Assembly: GCA_036724695.1 (NCBI GenBank)
Contig: DAIMFJ010000002.1
Coordinates: 1-46,504, forward strand
Source of the DNA: Planctomycetota bacterium
Lineage (GTDB): Bacteria; Planctomycetota; UBA1135; UBA2386
Direction: 5' to 3'
Length of the DNA: 46,504 bases
Shown here piece by piece: positions 1 through 8,287 of the stretch. Position numbers and translations under genes: made by a program. The notes under the pieces are model-generated. The model was given only the letters and a program-made list of their open reading frames with translations. It ran no database searches and had not been told where the DNA came from. Position 1 is the first letter of the stretch. Each line of letters starts with the position of its first letter.

Positions 1-323
1 ATCACCAGGACGCGGCCGCGTTCGCCGGCGACGAACCTGCCTTCGGGCACCGCGGTCGCCAGCGCGCCGCCGACCCGTTCGAGGAAGTCGATCGCCGCGA
101 CGACGCGGCTGGTCAGCAGCTGGTCGCCATCGAGGGCGAGCAGCACCAGCACCGGCGCGCCCGCGGCATCGCGCGCCAGGCCCTCGACGTTGCCGAGCTG
201 GCCGTGGCTGCAGTCGAGCGCCGATTCGATCAGTTCGAGGCCATGCTCGACGGTGCCCAGACGGCTGGCCACCAGGGCCCACAGCCGTTCGCGGGCATTG
301 GGCAGGACGGGACCACGGATCAT
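1..323 (-). CDS. hypothetical protein, N-terminal part only (gene runs off the window start)
   Basis: Reverse translation from CAT at 321..323 gives an uninterrupted frame down to position 3 (MIRGPVLPNARERLWALVASRLGTVEHGLELIESALDCSHGQLGNVEGLARDAAGAPVLVLLALDGD...). Codon position 3 is strongly G/C. The ORF is missing from the track because it has no stop in the window. No family recognised. Confidence 0.45.
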   Translation of the reverse strand, partial: MIRGPVLPNARERLWALVASRLGTVEHGLELIESALDCSHGQLGNVEGLARDAAGAPVLVLLALDGDQLLTSRVVAAIDFLERVGGALATAVPEGRFVAGERGRVLV

Positions 324-559
324 GACCGGCTCCTCGGGACTGCGGCATCGGTCCCCGCCAGCACGCCGGATCGGCGCGTTCGGGACGCCCTCAGGCGACA
401 CGGATCCCACAGACGCCGCAGCTTTCGCCACTGGCGCCCCTCCACCTTGCGGGCGCGGCGGAACACCGCGCTCGCCAACCGCTGGGAAGGGTTCAAGAGT
501 GGAACCGTACTGACCGGCTGGCCATGGTACGGTGTTCGGCCGACGGAAAACAAGGGGTT

Positions 560-578
560 GTCGACGATTACGGTCGAC
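560..578 (-). terminator. possible weak intrinsic terminator after ruvC
   Basis: GTCGAC-N7-GTCGAC hairpin lies 7 nt downstream of the ruvC stop. On the minus strand it is followed by AACCCCTTGTTTTCC. The stem is short, so support is weak. Confidence 0.25.
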
Positions 579-584
579 TGACTC

Positions 585-1217
585 TCAAGGGCCGAGCCCG
601 AGCAACGGCGAGCGCCGCTGCTCGAGCCTCGCCCATGCCGCCGCCAGGGCGTCGGTGGCGTCGAGCGGCAGGTCGGTGCGCGCTGCCGCGGTGCCGCGCA
701 GCAGCTGCTCCATCATCGCCGCCACCGTCTCCTTCTTGGCGGCCCCTCGCCCGGTGACGACCCGCTTGATGCGCGCCGGCGCGAACTGGTGGACCGCGAC
801 GCCGGCCCGCGACGCCTCGGCAAGCACCACGCCGCGCGCTTCGCCGATGCGGAGCGCGGCCGACACGCTCTTGCCGTAGAACGCCTCCTCGATCGCCACT
901 TCGTCGGGGCGCAGTTCGTCGACCAGGGCCCGGAACTGGTCGGCGAGGCTGCGCAGGCGCTGACCGAGGTCGGTACCGGAGCGCCCGAGCCGCAGCACCC
1001 CCATCGCCACCAGCTCGACCCCGGAGCCGGTGGCACCGGCGAGGATCGTGTTGCTGGCCCGCAGAGCGATCGGCACGTCACCACGGGCGCGCATGGGTGC
1101 CGACGACGCCACCGCCAGGCAGCCATAACCGACCACCTGGGTGCCCGGGTCGATACCCAGAATCCGCACCACCGCCACGAGCTGGAGTGTAAGGTCTCCG
1201 GCCGTGAAGGTCGCCAT
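585..1217 (-). CDS. ruvC: crossover junction endodeoxyribonuclease RuvC
   Basis: VRILGIDPGTQVVGYG N-terminus, ..EEAFYGKSVSAALRIGEARGV.. and ..KKETVAAMM...DATDALAAAW.. are typical RuvC blocks. The ATG is at 1217. By homology (M-R-ILGIDPG) a GTG at 1169 is an equally plausible start. Confidence 0.85.
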   Translation of the reverse strand: MATFTAGDLTLQLVAVVRILGIDPGTQVVGYGCLAVASSAPMRARGDVPIALRASNTILAGATGSGVELVAMGVLRLGRSGTDLGQRLRSLADQFRALVDELRPDEVAIEEAFYGKSVSAALRIGEARGVVLAEASRAGVAVHQFAPARIKRVVTGRGAAKKETVAAMMEQLLRGTAAARTDLPLDATDALAAAWARLEQRRSPLLGLGP

Positions 1218-1896
1218 GTTGCTGCTCGCCGCCGGCCGCGGCACACGCTTCGGTGGCAGCGTACCCAAGGCGTACCTGCCGCTCGCCGGCGTCCCGATCC
1301 TGGTGCACGCCGCCGAACGGCTCTGCCGCGCGATCCCGGCCCGCCACGGCAACCGGCTGGTCGTGCTGGTCCACCCGGACGACGAGGCGCTGCTGGCTCC
1401 GTGCCGCGACCGGCTCGCTCCGCTCGGCGACGTGCGTTACGCATTCGGCGGCGCCACCCGCCAGGAGTCGATGCTGAGCGGCCTTGCCGCCGCGGGCGAC
1501 GACGTCGACCTGATCCTGGTCCACGACGCGGCCCGCGCGCTGCTGCCGATCGCCGCGACCCGCGAATGCGTCGCGGCGGCGGCGAGCCACGGCGCCGCGC
1601 TGCTGGCGCTGCCGGCCCCCGACACGCTGAAACGAGTGGTCGACGGTTGCGTCGAGCAGACCGTCGACCGGGCCGGGATCTGGCTCGCGCAGACGCCGCA
1701 GGTGATCCGCCGCGAGCTGCTGGTCCGCGCCTCGGCGCACGCCGCGGCGACCGGCTTCGCCGGCACCGACGACGTGTCTCTGGTCGAGCACTTCGGCGCC
1801 CCCGTGGCGGTGGTCCTGGGCACGCCGACCAACCTCAAGATCACCCAGCCAGAGGACCTGCCACTGGCCGAACGCATCTTCGCGACCCTGCAATGA
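1216..1896 (+). CDS. ispD: 2-C-methyl-D-erythritol 4-phosphate cytidylyltransferase IspD
   Basis: MLLLAAGRGTRFGGSVPKAYLPL (AAGxGxRxG motif), ..LVHDAARAL.., ..TPQV.. blocks. Alternative GTG start at 1204. The stop overlaps the ispF start (ATGA at 1893..1896). Confidence 0.85.
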   Translation: MLLLAAGRGTRFGGSVPKAYLPLAGVPILVHAAERLCRAIPARHGNRLVVLVHPDDEALLAPCRDRLAPLGDVRYAFGGATRQESMLSGLAAAGDDVDLILVHDAARALLPIAATRECVAAAASHGAALLALPAPDTLKRVVDGCVEQTVDRAGIWLAQTPQVIRRELLVRASAHAAATGFAGTDDVSLVEHFGAPVAVVLGTPTNLKITQPEDLPLAERIFATLQ

Positions 1897-2381
1897 ACGA
1901 CCTGCCCCGGATCGGCATCGGCATCGACGTGCACCGCCTGGCCCAAGACCGCCCGTGCGTGGTCGCCGGCGTGCCGTTCCCGGACGCCGCGGTCGGCCCG
2001 GTCGGGCACAGCGACGGGGACGCCGTGCTGCACGCCGCCTGCGACGCCGTGCTCGGCGCCGCCGGGCTCGACGACCTCGGCACGCTGTTCTCCGACCGCG
2101 ATCCCGCCAACGCCGGCCGCCCGTCGGCGGAGTTCTGCCAGGCGACGATGCGGCTGGTGCGCGAACGGGGGCTGCGCGTGCTGTCGCTGGACGCGGTGCT
2201 GGAGACCGAGGTGCCCAAGCTCAAACCGCAGCGCGGGGCCATGCGCGAACGGCTCGCGGCCCTCTTCGAGTTGCCGGTCGACCGCGTCAACATCAAGGGC
2301 AAGACCGGCGAGAAGGTCGACGCGATCGGTCGCGGCGAGGCGATGCGGGCGACGGTCGTGGCGCTGCTCGGCCCGGTCTAG
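1893..2381 (+). CDS. ispF: 2-C-methyl-D-erythritol 2,4-cyclodiphosphate synthase IspF
   Basis: RIGIGIDVHRL...GHSDGDAVLHAACDAVLGAAGLDDLGTLFSD is the characteristic IspF metal-binding/active-site region. It is the C-terminal 162 codons of track ORF 789..2381. Confidence 0.9.
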   Translation: MNDLPRIGIGIDVHRLAQDRPCVVAGVPFPDAAVGPVGHSDGDAVLHAACDAVLGAAGLDDLGTLFSDRDPANAGRPSAEFCQATMRLVRERGLRVLSLDAVLETEVPKLKPQRGAMRERLAALFELPVDRVNIKGKTGEKVDAIGRGEAMRATVVALLGPV

Positions 2382-2396
2382 CGCTGGCCGGGTCGC

Positions 2397-4262
2397 TCAG
2401 ACCGCCTGCCGCTCGTACATGCGTTTGTAGGCGCCGCCCTTGGCGACCAGCTCGTCGTGGCGGCCGACCTCGACGACCCGCCCCTTCTCGAGGACGACGA
2501 TCAGGTCGGCGGCGACGATCGTCGACAACCGGTGCGCGACCACGAACGAGGTGCGGCCGCGGCGCAGGTTGTCGAGCGCGTTCTGGACCAGCTTCTCGTT
2601 CTCGCTGTCGAGGGCCGAGGTGGCCTCGTCGAGGAACAGGATCGCCGGATCGCGCAGGATCGCCCGCGCGATCGTGATGCGCTGCATCTGGCCGCCGGAC
2701 AGGTTGCTGCCGCGTTCGCCGGCCAGCGTGTCGTAGCCATCCGGCTGTTGGACCAGGAAGTCGTGGATGTTGGCGGCCTTCGCCGCCGCTTCGATCTCCG
2801 CCTGGCTGGCGCCAGGCTTGCCGTAGGCGATGTTGGCGCGCACCGTCGTGTTGAACAGGAACGGCTGCTGGCTGACCACCGCGGTGTGGGCGCGGTAGTC
2901 GGCCAGCCGGATCTGGCGCAGGTCCTTGCCGTCGATCAGGATCGCGCCGCGATCGGGATCGTGGAACCGCATCAGCAGGTCGAGGAGCGTCGACTTGCCG
3001 CCGCCGGACTCGCCGACGAACGCCACGGTCTGGCCGGCGCGCACCTGCAGGTCCACGCCGCGCAGCACCGGTTCGTCGCCGTACGCGAACCACAGGTCGC
3101 GGAGCTCGACGTCGCCGCGGATCTGCCCCAGCGGCTCGCCGCCGTCGAGGGCACGGTCGATCGGCTGCTGCAGGATCTGGTCGATCCCCGCCAGCGCCCC
3201 CGACGACTCCATCAACACGTGGTACGAGCGGGTGATGCGTTTGACGTGCTGGTAGGTCGTCGACAGCGCCAGCAGGCCGACCGTGACCTCGCCGAGGCTG
3301 GTGCTGCCGCGCACCAGCACCACCCAGCCGGTCAGGACCAGCAAAGCGGCGAAGCCGACCTGGTAGCTCAGGAAGGTCTGCGCCATCGACCGGCCCTTGA
3401 CCCGGAACATCTTCTTGGTGCGGTCGAGGAACGTCGCCGTGCTGGCCTCGTACTCGCGCAACCGCAGTTCCTCGATCTGGAACGCCTTGACGGTCCGGAT
3501 GCCGGTCAGGATCTGGTTCAGCGACTCGGTGGTCTCGCCCATCGACTGCAGCGTCTTGCTGCTGCGCTTCTGCACCTTGCGGCCCTGGCGGTACATCGGG
3601 ATCGCCATCGCCGGCACCATCACCAGCAGGATCCAGATCGCCTCGGGCATCGTCACCGCGAGGATCGCCAGGTTGCCGACGATCATCAGCGGGTCGACGA
3701 CGATGTTGTCCGACGCCAGCTCGAACGAACGCTGCATGACCTGCGTGTCGTTGGTGACCTTGCTGATCATCTCGCCCATGCGCTGCCGGCCGTAGAAGCG
3801 CAGCGGCAGGCGCAGGAAGTGCGCGGCCAGTTCGCTGCGCAGGTCGGCGACGATGCGGACCGAGAACAGCCGCGAGTAGGTCTGCACGAAGTAGATCGTC
3901 ACGGCCCCGGCGGCGCCGCAGACCACGGCGACCAAGGCGCAGAGCACGACGACCTGCATGCCGGGCGAGTCGAATTCCAGCCCGAGCCACCCGCACACCT
4001 CCGGCGCCACGCGATCGAACCAGGCGTTCAACGCCTGGTTGACGCGTTCGCCGAAGTCGGGGTCCTCGGGCAGCGGGCGCGGCGCCTCGCCGAGCGCCCG
4101 CATCAGCGGCGTCAGCAGCAGCAACGGCAGCTTGGTGAACACCGCCTCGAGGAACCCGAACAGCAGCATCACCAGGACCATGCTGCGGTACCGCAGCACG
4201 GCCGCCCACAGACGCCGCAACAGCGCCCGCAGTTCGGAAGAGGAAGGATTGCCGTCGCTCAC
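2397..4262 (-). CDS. ABC transporter, fused permease/ATPase (MsbA-like lipid/drug exporter)
   Basis: 621 aa. The N-terminal half has about 6 hydrophobic helices. The C-terminal NBD carries Walker A GESGGGKST, signature LSGGQMQR and Walker B ILFLDEATSALD. Confidence 0.9.
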   Translation of the reverse strand: MSDGNPSSSELRALLRRLWAAVLRYRSMVLVMLLFGFLEAVFTKLPLLLLTPLMRALGEAPRPLPEDPDFGERVNQALNAWFDRVAPEVCGWLGLEFDSPGMQVVVLCALVAVVCGAAGAVTIYFVQTYSRLFSVRIVADLRSELAAHFLRLPLRFYGRQRMGEMISKVTNDTQVMQRSFELASDNIVVDPLMIVGNLAILAVTMPEAIWILLVMVPAMAIPMYRQGRKVQKRSSKTLQSMGETTESLNQILTGIRTVKAFQIEELRLREYEASTATFLDRTKKMFRVKGRSMAQTFLSYQVGFAALLVLTGWVVLVRGSTSLGEVTVGLLALSTTYQHVKRITRSYHVLMESSGALAGIDQILQQPIDRALDGGEPLGQIRGDVELRDLWFAYGDEPVLRGVDLQVRAGQTVAFVGESGGGKSTLLDLLMRFHDPDRGAILIDGKDLRQIRLADYRAHTAVVSQQPFLFNTTVRANIAYGKPGASQAEIEAAAKAANIHDFLVQQPDGYDTLAGERGSNLSGGQMQRITIARAILRDPAILFLDEATSALDSENEKLVQNALDNLRRGRTSFVVAHRLSTIVAADLIVVLEKGRVVEVGRHDELVAKGGAYKRMYERQAV

Positions 4263-4300
4263 GCGGCGCAGTCTAGCGCCGGCGTCGCCCGAACCCTACC

Positions 4301-5899
4301 TCACTCGATCTTGGCCTTGGCGATCACGCCGTTGGCCCATTCGAAGAAGCGGTACGTCACGTAGTCCTCGCGGACCAGTTCGCGCTCCTTCTCGCCGTTG
4401 ACGTCGACCTTGCGGCGCGCCGGCGTGCGCGAGTTGATCCGCGCGACGAAGTAGCCGTCCGGACCGGCGACCGGGCCGACGATCGTGCCGACCTCGGCGT
4501 CGAAGAACAGGTGGTGCGAGATCGAGAAGCCGTCGTGCAGTTGCGTGAACTCGTTCTCGCGCAGTTGCTGCTTGAGCTGGTTCAGCGGCAGGAAGCCGAG
4601 GCGGCCGCGCTTCTCGTCGTTGGCGAAGAACTCGTTGTGGGCGTTCAAGAGGTCGTCGAACGACTTCTCCTTCTTCTCGATCGCCGCGAACGCCGCTTCG
4701 CAGCGCTCCTTGGCCCGCTCCATGCCGTCCGGCTGCCAGGCGCCCGACTTCGGATCGCGGGCCAGGAACGGGATCACGTCGACGCTGACCTGGCCGTCGG
4801 CGAAGAACGCCGCGAACTTGTCGGCGTGCGCCTGCAGGTTCTCGGTGGTGATCTCGTCCTTGATCATGTCCTGGTACGAGGTCATCAGGCGCCAGCGGGC
4901 CCGGTAGGCCTCCAGGCACGGGTAGCCCTTGAAGCGCGTCGCGATCACCTCGACGGTGAACGGCGTCGAGTCGTACGGCTGGCGGTAGGCCTCGTAGCGC
5001 TCGTTGAACACCTCGTCGCTGACCAGCGCGTTGGCCTTCTCGAGCTCCTGACGCAGCGCCTCGCGGACCGCGACCTCGTGCATCGCGCGCTCGAGATCCT
5101 GCACGTACAGGCCCTTCTTGACGAACTCGAAGGCCTCGTCGGTACGCCACGTGAAGTCGTTGACCTGCAGCACGATCTCGGCCGGCAGGCCGTTCGACGC
5201 GTAGCGCACGTCGCTCCAGCTGCGCAGGCCCTTCTGCACGAAGCCGCGCATCATGTTGATCCAGAACTCCGGCAGCTTGCGCGGGTTGCCCTGCTCGTCG
5301 ACGCCTTCGGCGGTCTTCTCGAGCTGGGCGATGAACTGCGGGCCCTGCTCGCTGTTGGTCTGCGCCATGATCGCCTGCTTGGTGATCTCCGGCCAGTCCT
5401 TCGGCGTGCCCGGGAAGAACAGCAGGTCGAACAGCATCGTCTGCTTGCGCTGCTCGAGGAACGTCTCGCGGCTGAGCCCGAACTGCGTGCGCACCACCTC
5501 CCAGAAGTCGACGCCGGGGTTCTTGGTCTCGAAGTCGGCCTTCATCGGCTCGAGTTCGCGCAGCACCTGCTCCTCGGTGATGTCGAACTCCTCGGCGCGG
5601 CGCTTGCCCGACTCGACCTGCCGCTTGAGCTCTTCGAGGATGAAGAAGTCGGCGACCTTCGCCTCGACCAGCTTGCCGCCGGTCAGGTAGACCGCCTCGC
5701 GCTTGACCTCGCGCGCGTCGAGCGGCCGACCGTTCACCTTGAGGCCGAACAACAGTTTGGCGCGCTCCTCGATCACCTGGTCGGCGAGCACGTCGACCTG
5801 CTTGCGGAGCATCTTGATCTGCTCCTGCGGGTCCTGGGCGAGGGCGGTGGTGGCGAGGGCGGCCGCCAGGCAGGCGGCAGTGGCGAGGATGCGGAACAT
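4301..5899 (-). CDS. secreted SurA/PpiD-like protein with a degenerate parvulin-type PPIase domain
   Basis: Start chosen at MFRILATAACLAAALATTALAQDP (signal peptide), inside track ORF 4301..6427. The C-terminus ..SFDDLLNAHNEFFANDEKRGRLGFLP...FFDAEVGTIVGPVAGPDGYFVARI.. follows the parvulin pattern (DF..LA..yS.d....gG.LG...F.l..G.isgPv.t..GyHii). Confidence 0.6.
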   Translation of the reverse strand: MFRILATAACLAAALATTALAQDPQEQIKMLRKQVDVLADQVIEERAKLLFGLKVNGRPLDAREVKREAVYLTGGKLVEAKVADFFILEELKRQVESGKRRAEEFDITEEQVLRELEPMKADFETKNPGVDFWEVVRTQFGLSRETFLEQRKQTMLFDLLFFPGTPKDWPEITKQAIMAQTNSEQGPQFIAQLEKTAEGVDEQGNPRKLPEFWINMMRGFVQKGLRSWSDVRYASNGLPAEIVLQVNDFTWRTDEAFEFVKKGLYVQDLERAMHEVAVREALRQELEKANALVSDEVFNERYEAYRQPYDSTPFTVEVIATRFKGYPCLEAYRARWRLMTSYQDMIKDEITTENLQAHADKFAAFFADGQVSVDVIPFLARDPKSGAWQPDGMERAKERCEAAFAAIEKKEKSFDDLLNAHNEFFANDEKRGRLGFLPLNQLKQQLRENEFTQLHDGFSISHHLFFDAEVGTIVGPVAGPDGYFVARINSRTPARRKVDVNGEKERELVREDYVTYRFFEWANGVIAKAKIE

Positions 5900-6061
5900 G
5901 TGGTTCGGACGGGAAATGGTGCGGGGGAGCTTACCCAGGATCGGCCGTGAAACGAGCACCCCCCGCATTTCCTCCCGGTTCGACCACATCGGACGCGAAC
6001 GCCGCAAACTTGGGCATCCTTGGCCGTTGCGGCGCAGAACCCGTAGCATCGACGGAACCCG

Positions 6062-6745
6062 ATGAGCTACGACCCGCGCACGATCGCCTACACGGCCGAG
6101 ATCCTGTACCCGCCGCAGCAGCTGCGGGCCGACCTGCTGCAAGGCCTTCACAACGCCTTGTTCCGGCAGCCGGCGATCGGCTACCAGAACTTCCAGGTCG
6201 CCGCCGACGGGGTGCACCTCAGCAACGTGCCGCAGGCGCCCGGGCAGGTGTCGGTGGCGACCTTCCAATGGGACCGGCTGATCCTGCGCGAGGAGCTGCG
6301 CGGCACCACCGTCGAGGACTTCGCGATGCGGGTCGTCAACGTCACCACGGCGGCGTTCCAGGCGCTGTCGGTGCCGACCAGCCTCGCCAGTCAGTTCGTG
6401 GTGCGTTCGTTGGTGGCGCCGCGCCACTTCCGCGACGGCCGGGAGTTCTTGAGCCGCCGTCTGGTGGCGCCGGACACCGAAGGCTGGCAGGCGTTCGGTC
6501 GGCCGTTACAGGCCGGCGGGGTGCGCTTCGTGTTCCCGCCGAGCGACCAGCACCGCGAGAGTTTCCAGGTCCGGATCGAAACGTGGCCGCAGGATGCGCG
6601 CTCGTTGTGGCTCGAGAACACCGGCAGCTTCCCGGTGCCGGTGCCAGCCGGGGAGTTGCCGCAACTGGCTGGCCAGCTAGACACCACCTACCGCTTCCTG
6701 ACCGGCCCGGTCTCACGCTTCCTGGCCACCCTCGACACCCCCTGA
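6062..6745 (+). CDS. hypothetical protein (cytoplasmic, no family recognised)
   Basis: 227-aa ORF with a normal amino-acid composition, unlike the Arg/Pro-rich shadow frames around it. ATG start, no signal peptide. Confidence 0.6.
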   Translation: MSYDPRTIAYTAEILYPPQQLRADLLQGLHNALFRQPAIGYQNFQVAADGVHLSNVPQAPGQVSVATFQWDRLILREELRGTTVEDFAMRVVNVTTAAFQALSVPTSLASQFVVRSLVAPRHFRDGREFLSRRLVAPDTEGWQAFGRPLQAGGVRFVFPPSDQHRESFQVRIETWPQDARSLWLENTGSFPVPVPAGELPQLAGQLDTTYRFLTGPVSRFLATLDTP

Positions 6746-6752
6746 CGCCGCC

Positions 6753-7418
6753 GTGCTCCGCCGCCTCACCTGGTTCCTGTCCGCCTGCGCTCTGGCCCTG
6801 GTCGGCTGCGAGGAGCAACCCGCTGCGCCAGCCTACGGACCGGACGTCGTGCTGGTCGTCGACGGTCTGGAGATCCGCCGGCAGGAGATCGAACGGTTCC
6901 ACGCGATCCACGCCAGCACCGCCCCCGAGCTGGGCCGCCGGACGATCGTGCGCTACCTGCTCGAGAACCACGTGCTGCCGCTGCGCTATGCGCAGCGCGC
7001 CTTCGCCGCGAAGCGCGCCGAACTGCTCGAGCAGGCCCGACTCCTGACCACGGTCGCCGGCAACGTGGTGGAGCTGGAGCAGCGCTGCGAGCCGTTCTTC
7101 CACCAACGCAAGCTGGTCAACCGCCGACAGATCGAAGCCCCGGTCGCCGAGTTCGCTTTCGACCGCGAACGACTCGGCGCGGTCAGCGGTCCGCTCGAGG
7201 TCCCCAAGGGTTTCGTCGTTGCGGGTTGCTTCGACATCCAGGAATCGGCGATGGTCTCCGAGGACCTCGCCGACCTGCTGCAGGTCGGGTTCCTGACCCA
7301 CACCAACGCCGAGTGGGTCGCCTGGCTGCGCAGCGAGTTCGAGCGCACCGCCGACAAGGTCAGCTACGTCCACCCCGACTACCGCGAAGCCCTGCCCTTC
7401 TGGTTGAAACTGCCGTGA
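6753..7418 (+). CDS. lipoprotein, possibly a degenerate parvulin-like chaperone
   Basis: GTG start. Signal peptide plus lipobox (LALVGC). The C-terminus ..AEFAFDRERLGAVSGPLEVPKGFVVAGCFD.. resembles the last parvulin beta-strands. Confidence 0.6.
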   Translation: MLRRLTWFLSACALALVGCEEQPAAPAYGPDVVLVVDGLEIRRQEIERFHAIHASTAPELGRRTIVRYLLENHVLPLRYAQRAFAAKRAELLEQARLLTTVAGNVVELEQRCEPFFHQRKLVNRRQIEAPVAEFAFDRERLGAVSGPLEVPKGFVVAGCFDIQESAMVSEDLADLLQVGFLTHTNAEWVAWLRSEFERTADKVSYVHPDYREALPFWLKLP

Positions 7419-7420
7419 CC

Positions 7421-8287
7421 ATGAACCGCTCCCTGCTGCATCGGCTGCTCGCCATCGTCGCCGCGACCGGCACCGCCGCCCTCGCCGTCGCCCAGGATCC
7501 CGCCGCAGAGGCGCCGCCCATGGCCAGCGCCTGGCCGAAGCTGAGCGCCACCGACGTCGACCGCGTCGTCGCGCTGGTGACGCAGTTCAAGAAGGAGGAC
7601 GTGCAGCTGCACACCGACGCGACGGCCAAACTGCTGCAATTGGGTGCCGGGGCGGCGCCGTTCCTGATGCAGCGGGTGCACGACAAGGAACCGAACCAGA
7701 ACCCGCAGATCTTCGCCGTTCTCGACGGCATGGTGGGCAGCGAACACGCCGAGCTGCTGGCCAAGGAACTGAAGAAGCCCTCGGTGGAACTGCGCGGCTA
7801 CCTGACGCAACGGCTGTGCCGATTCGGGGATCCGCGCCTGCGCAAGTCGCTCGAAGGCCTGCGCAAGGACGCCAACGAACGCATCGCCTTCCACGCCGCG
7901 CTCGGCTGCCTCGCGCTCGGCGATGCGGCTGCACTCGACCAGGTGGTCGCCTACAGCAAGACGCATTGGGCCGACGAGGTCGGGATCGTATCCGAGGTGC
8001 TGAGCAAGGTGCGCTCGGCCGCGGCCGGCAACGAGGTGTTCGCGGCGATCGCCAAGCAGAAGCCGGTCGACCAGATGGCGACGTTGCGGATCGCACGCTA
8101 CCTGGCGATCCCAGACCACCAGGTGATCGTCAAGACCTACCTCGCGTCGGCCGACCACACGGTCAAGAAGGAGGCGGTCAACGTCTGCCGCGTGCTGGCC
8201 GGCGAACCCCCGCTCGAGAAGCTCGACGTCTTCCAGACCATCAAACACGCCAACGAATGGCTGCAGAAGCTCGGAGGCAAGCCATGA
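7421..8287 (+). CDS. secreted HEAT/armadillo-like repeat protein
   Basis: Start at MNRSLLHRLLAIVAATGTAALAVAQDP (signal peptide), in frame within track ORF 7226..8287. Repeated ~30-aa helical units resemble PBS-lyase HEAT repeats (..LLQLGAGAAPFL.., ..RLCRFGDPRLRKSL.., ..ALGCLALGDAAAL..). Confidence 0.65.
   Translation: MNRSLLHRLLAIVAATGTAALAVAQDPAAEAPPMASAWPKLSATDVDRVVALVTQFKKEDVQLHTDATAKLLQLGAGAAPFLMQRVHDKEPNQNPQIFAVLDGMVGSEHAELLAKELKKPSVELRGYLTQRLCRFGDPRLRKSLEGLRKDANERIAFHAALGCLALGDAAALDQVVAYSKTHWADEVGIVSEVLSKVRSAAAGNEVFAAIAKQKPVDQMATLRIARYLAIPDHQVIVKTYLASADHTVKKEAVNVCRVLAGEPPLEKLDVFQTIKHANEWLQKLGGKP

Noticed and set aside
1215-1218. Face-to-face overlapping start codons of ruvC (CAT at 1215..1217) and ispD (ATG at 1216..1218)
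   Set aside because: It depends on start choice. RuvC homology (M-R-ILGIDPG) favours the GTG at 1169, which would give an ordinary 46-bp divergent spacer.
2360-2399. Imperfect repeat GCGCTG..GGCCCGGTC / GCGCTGGCCGGGTC around the ispF stop, between convergent ispF and the ABC exporter
   Set aside because: The similarity is weak and gapped, and the second copy partly lies next to the opposing gene's stop. It is too marginal to count as a further stop-straddling duplication.
7807-7820. Fifth GGCAC-N5-TTGC match (minus strand: GGCACagccgTTGC)
   Set aside because: It lies antisense inside the HEAT-repeat CDS, with no minus-strand gene downstream. This is consistent with the ~0.5 chance matches expected for the window.
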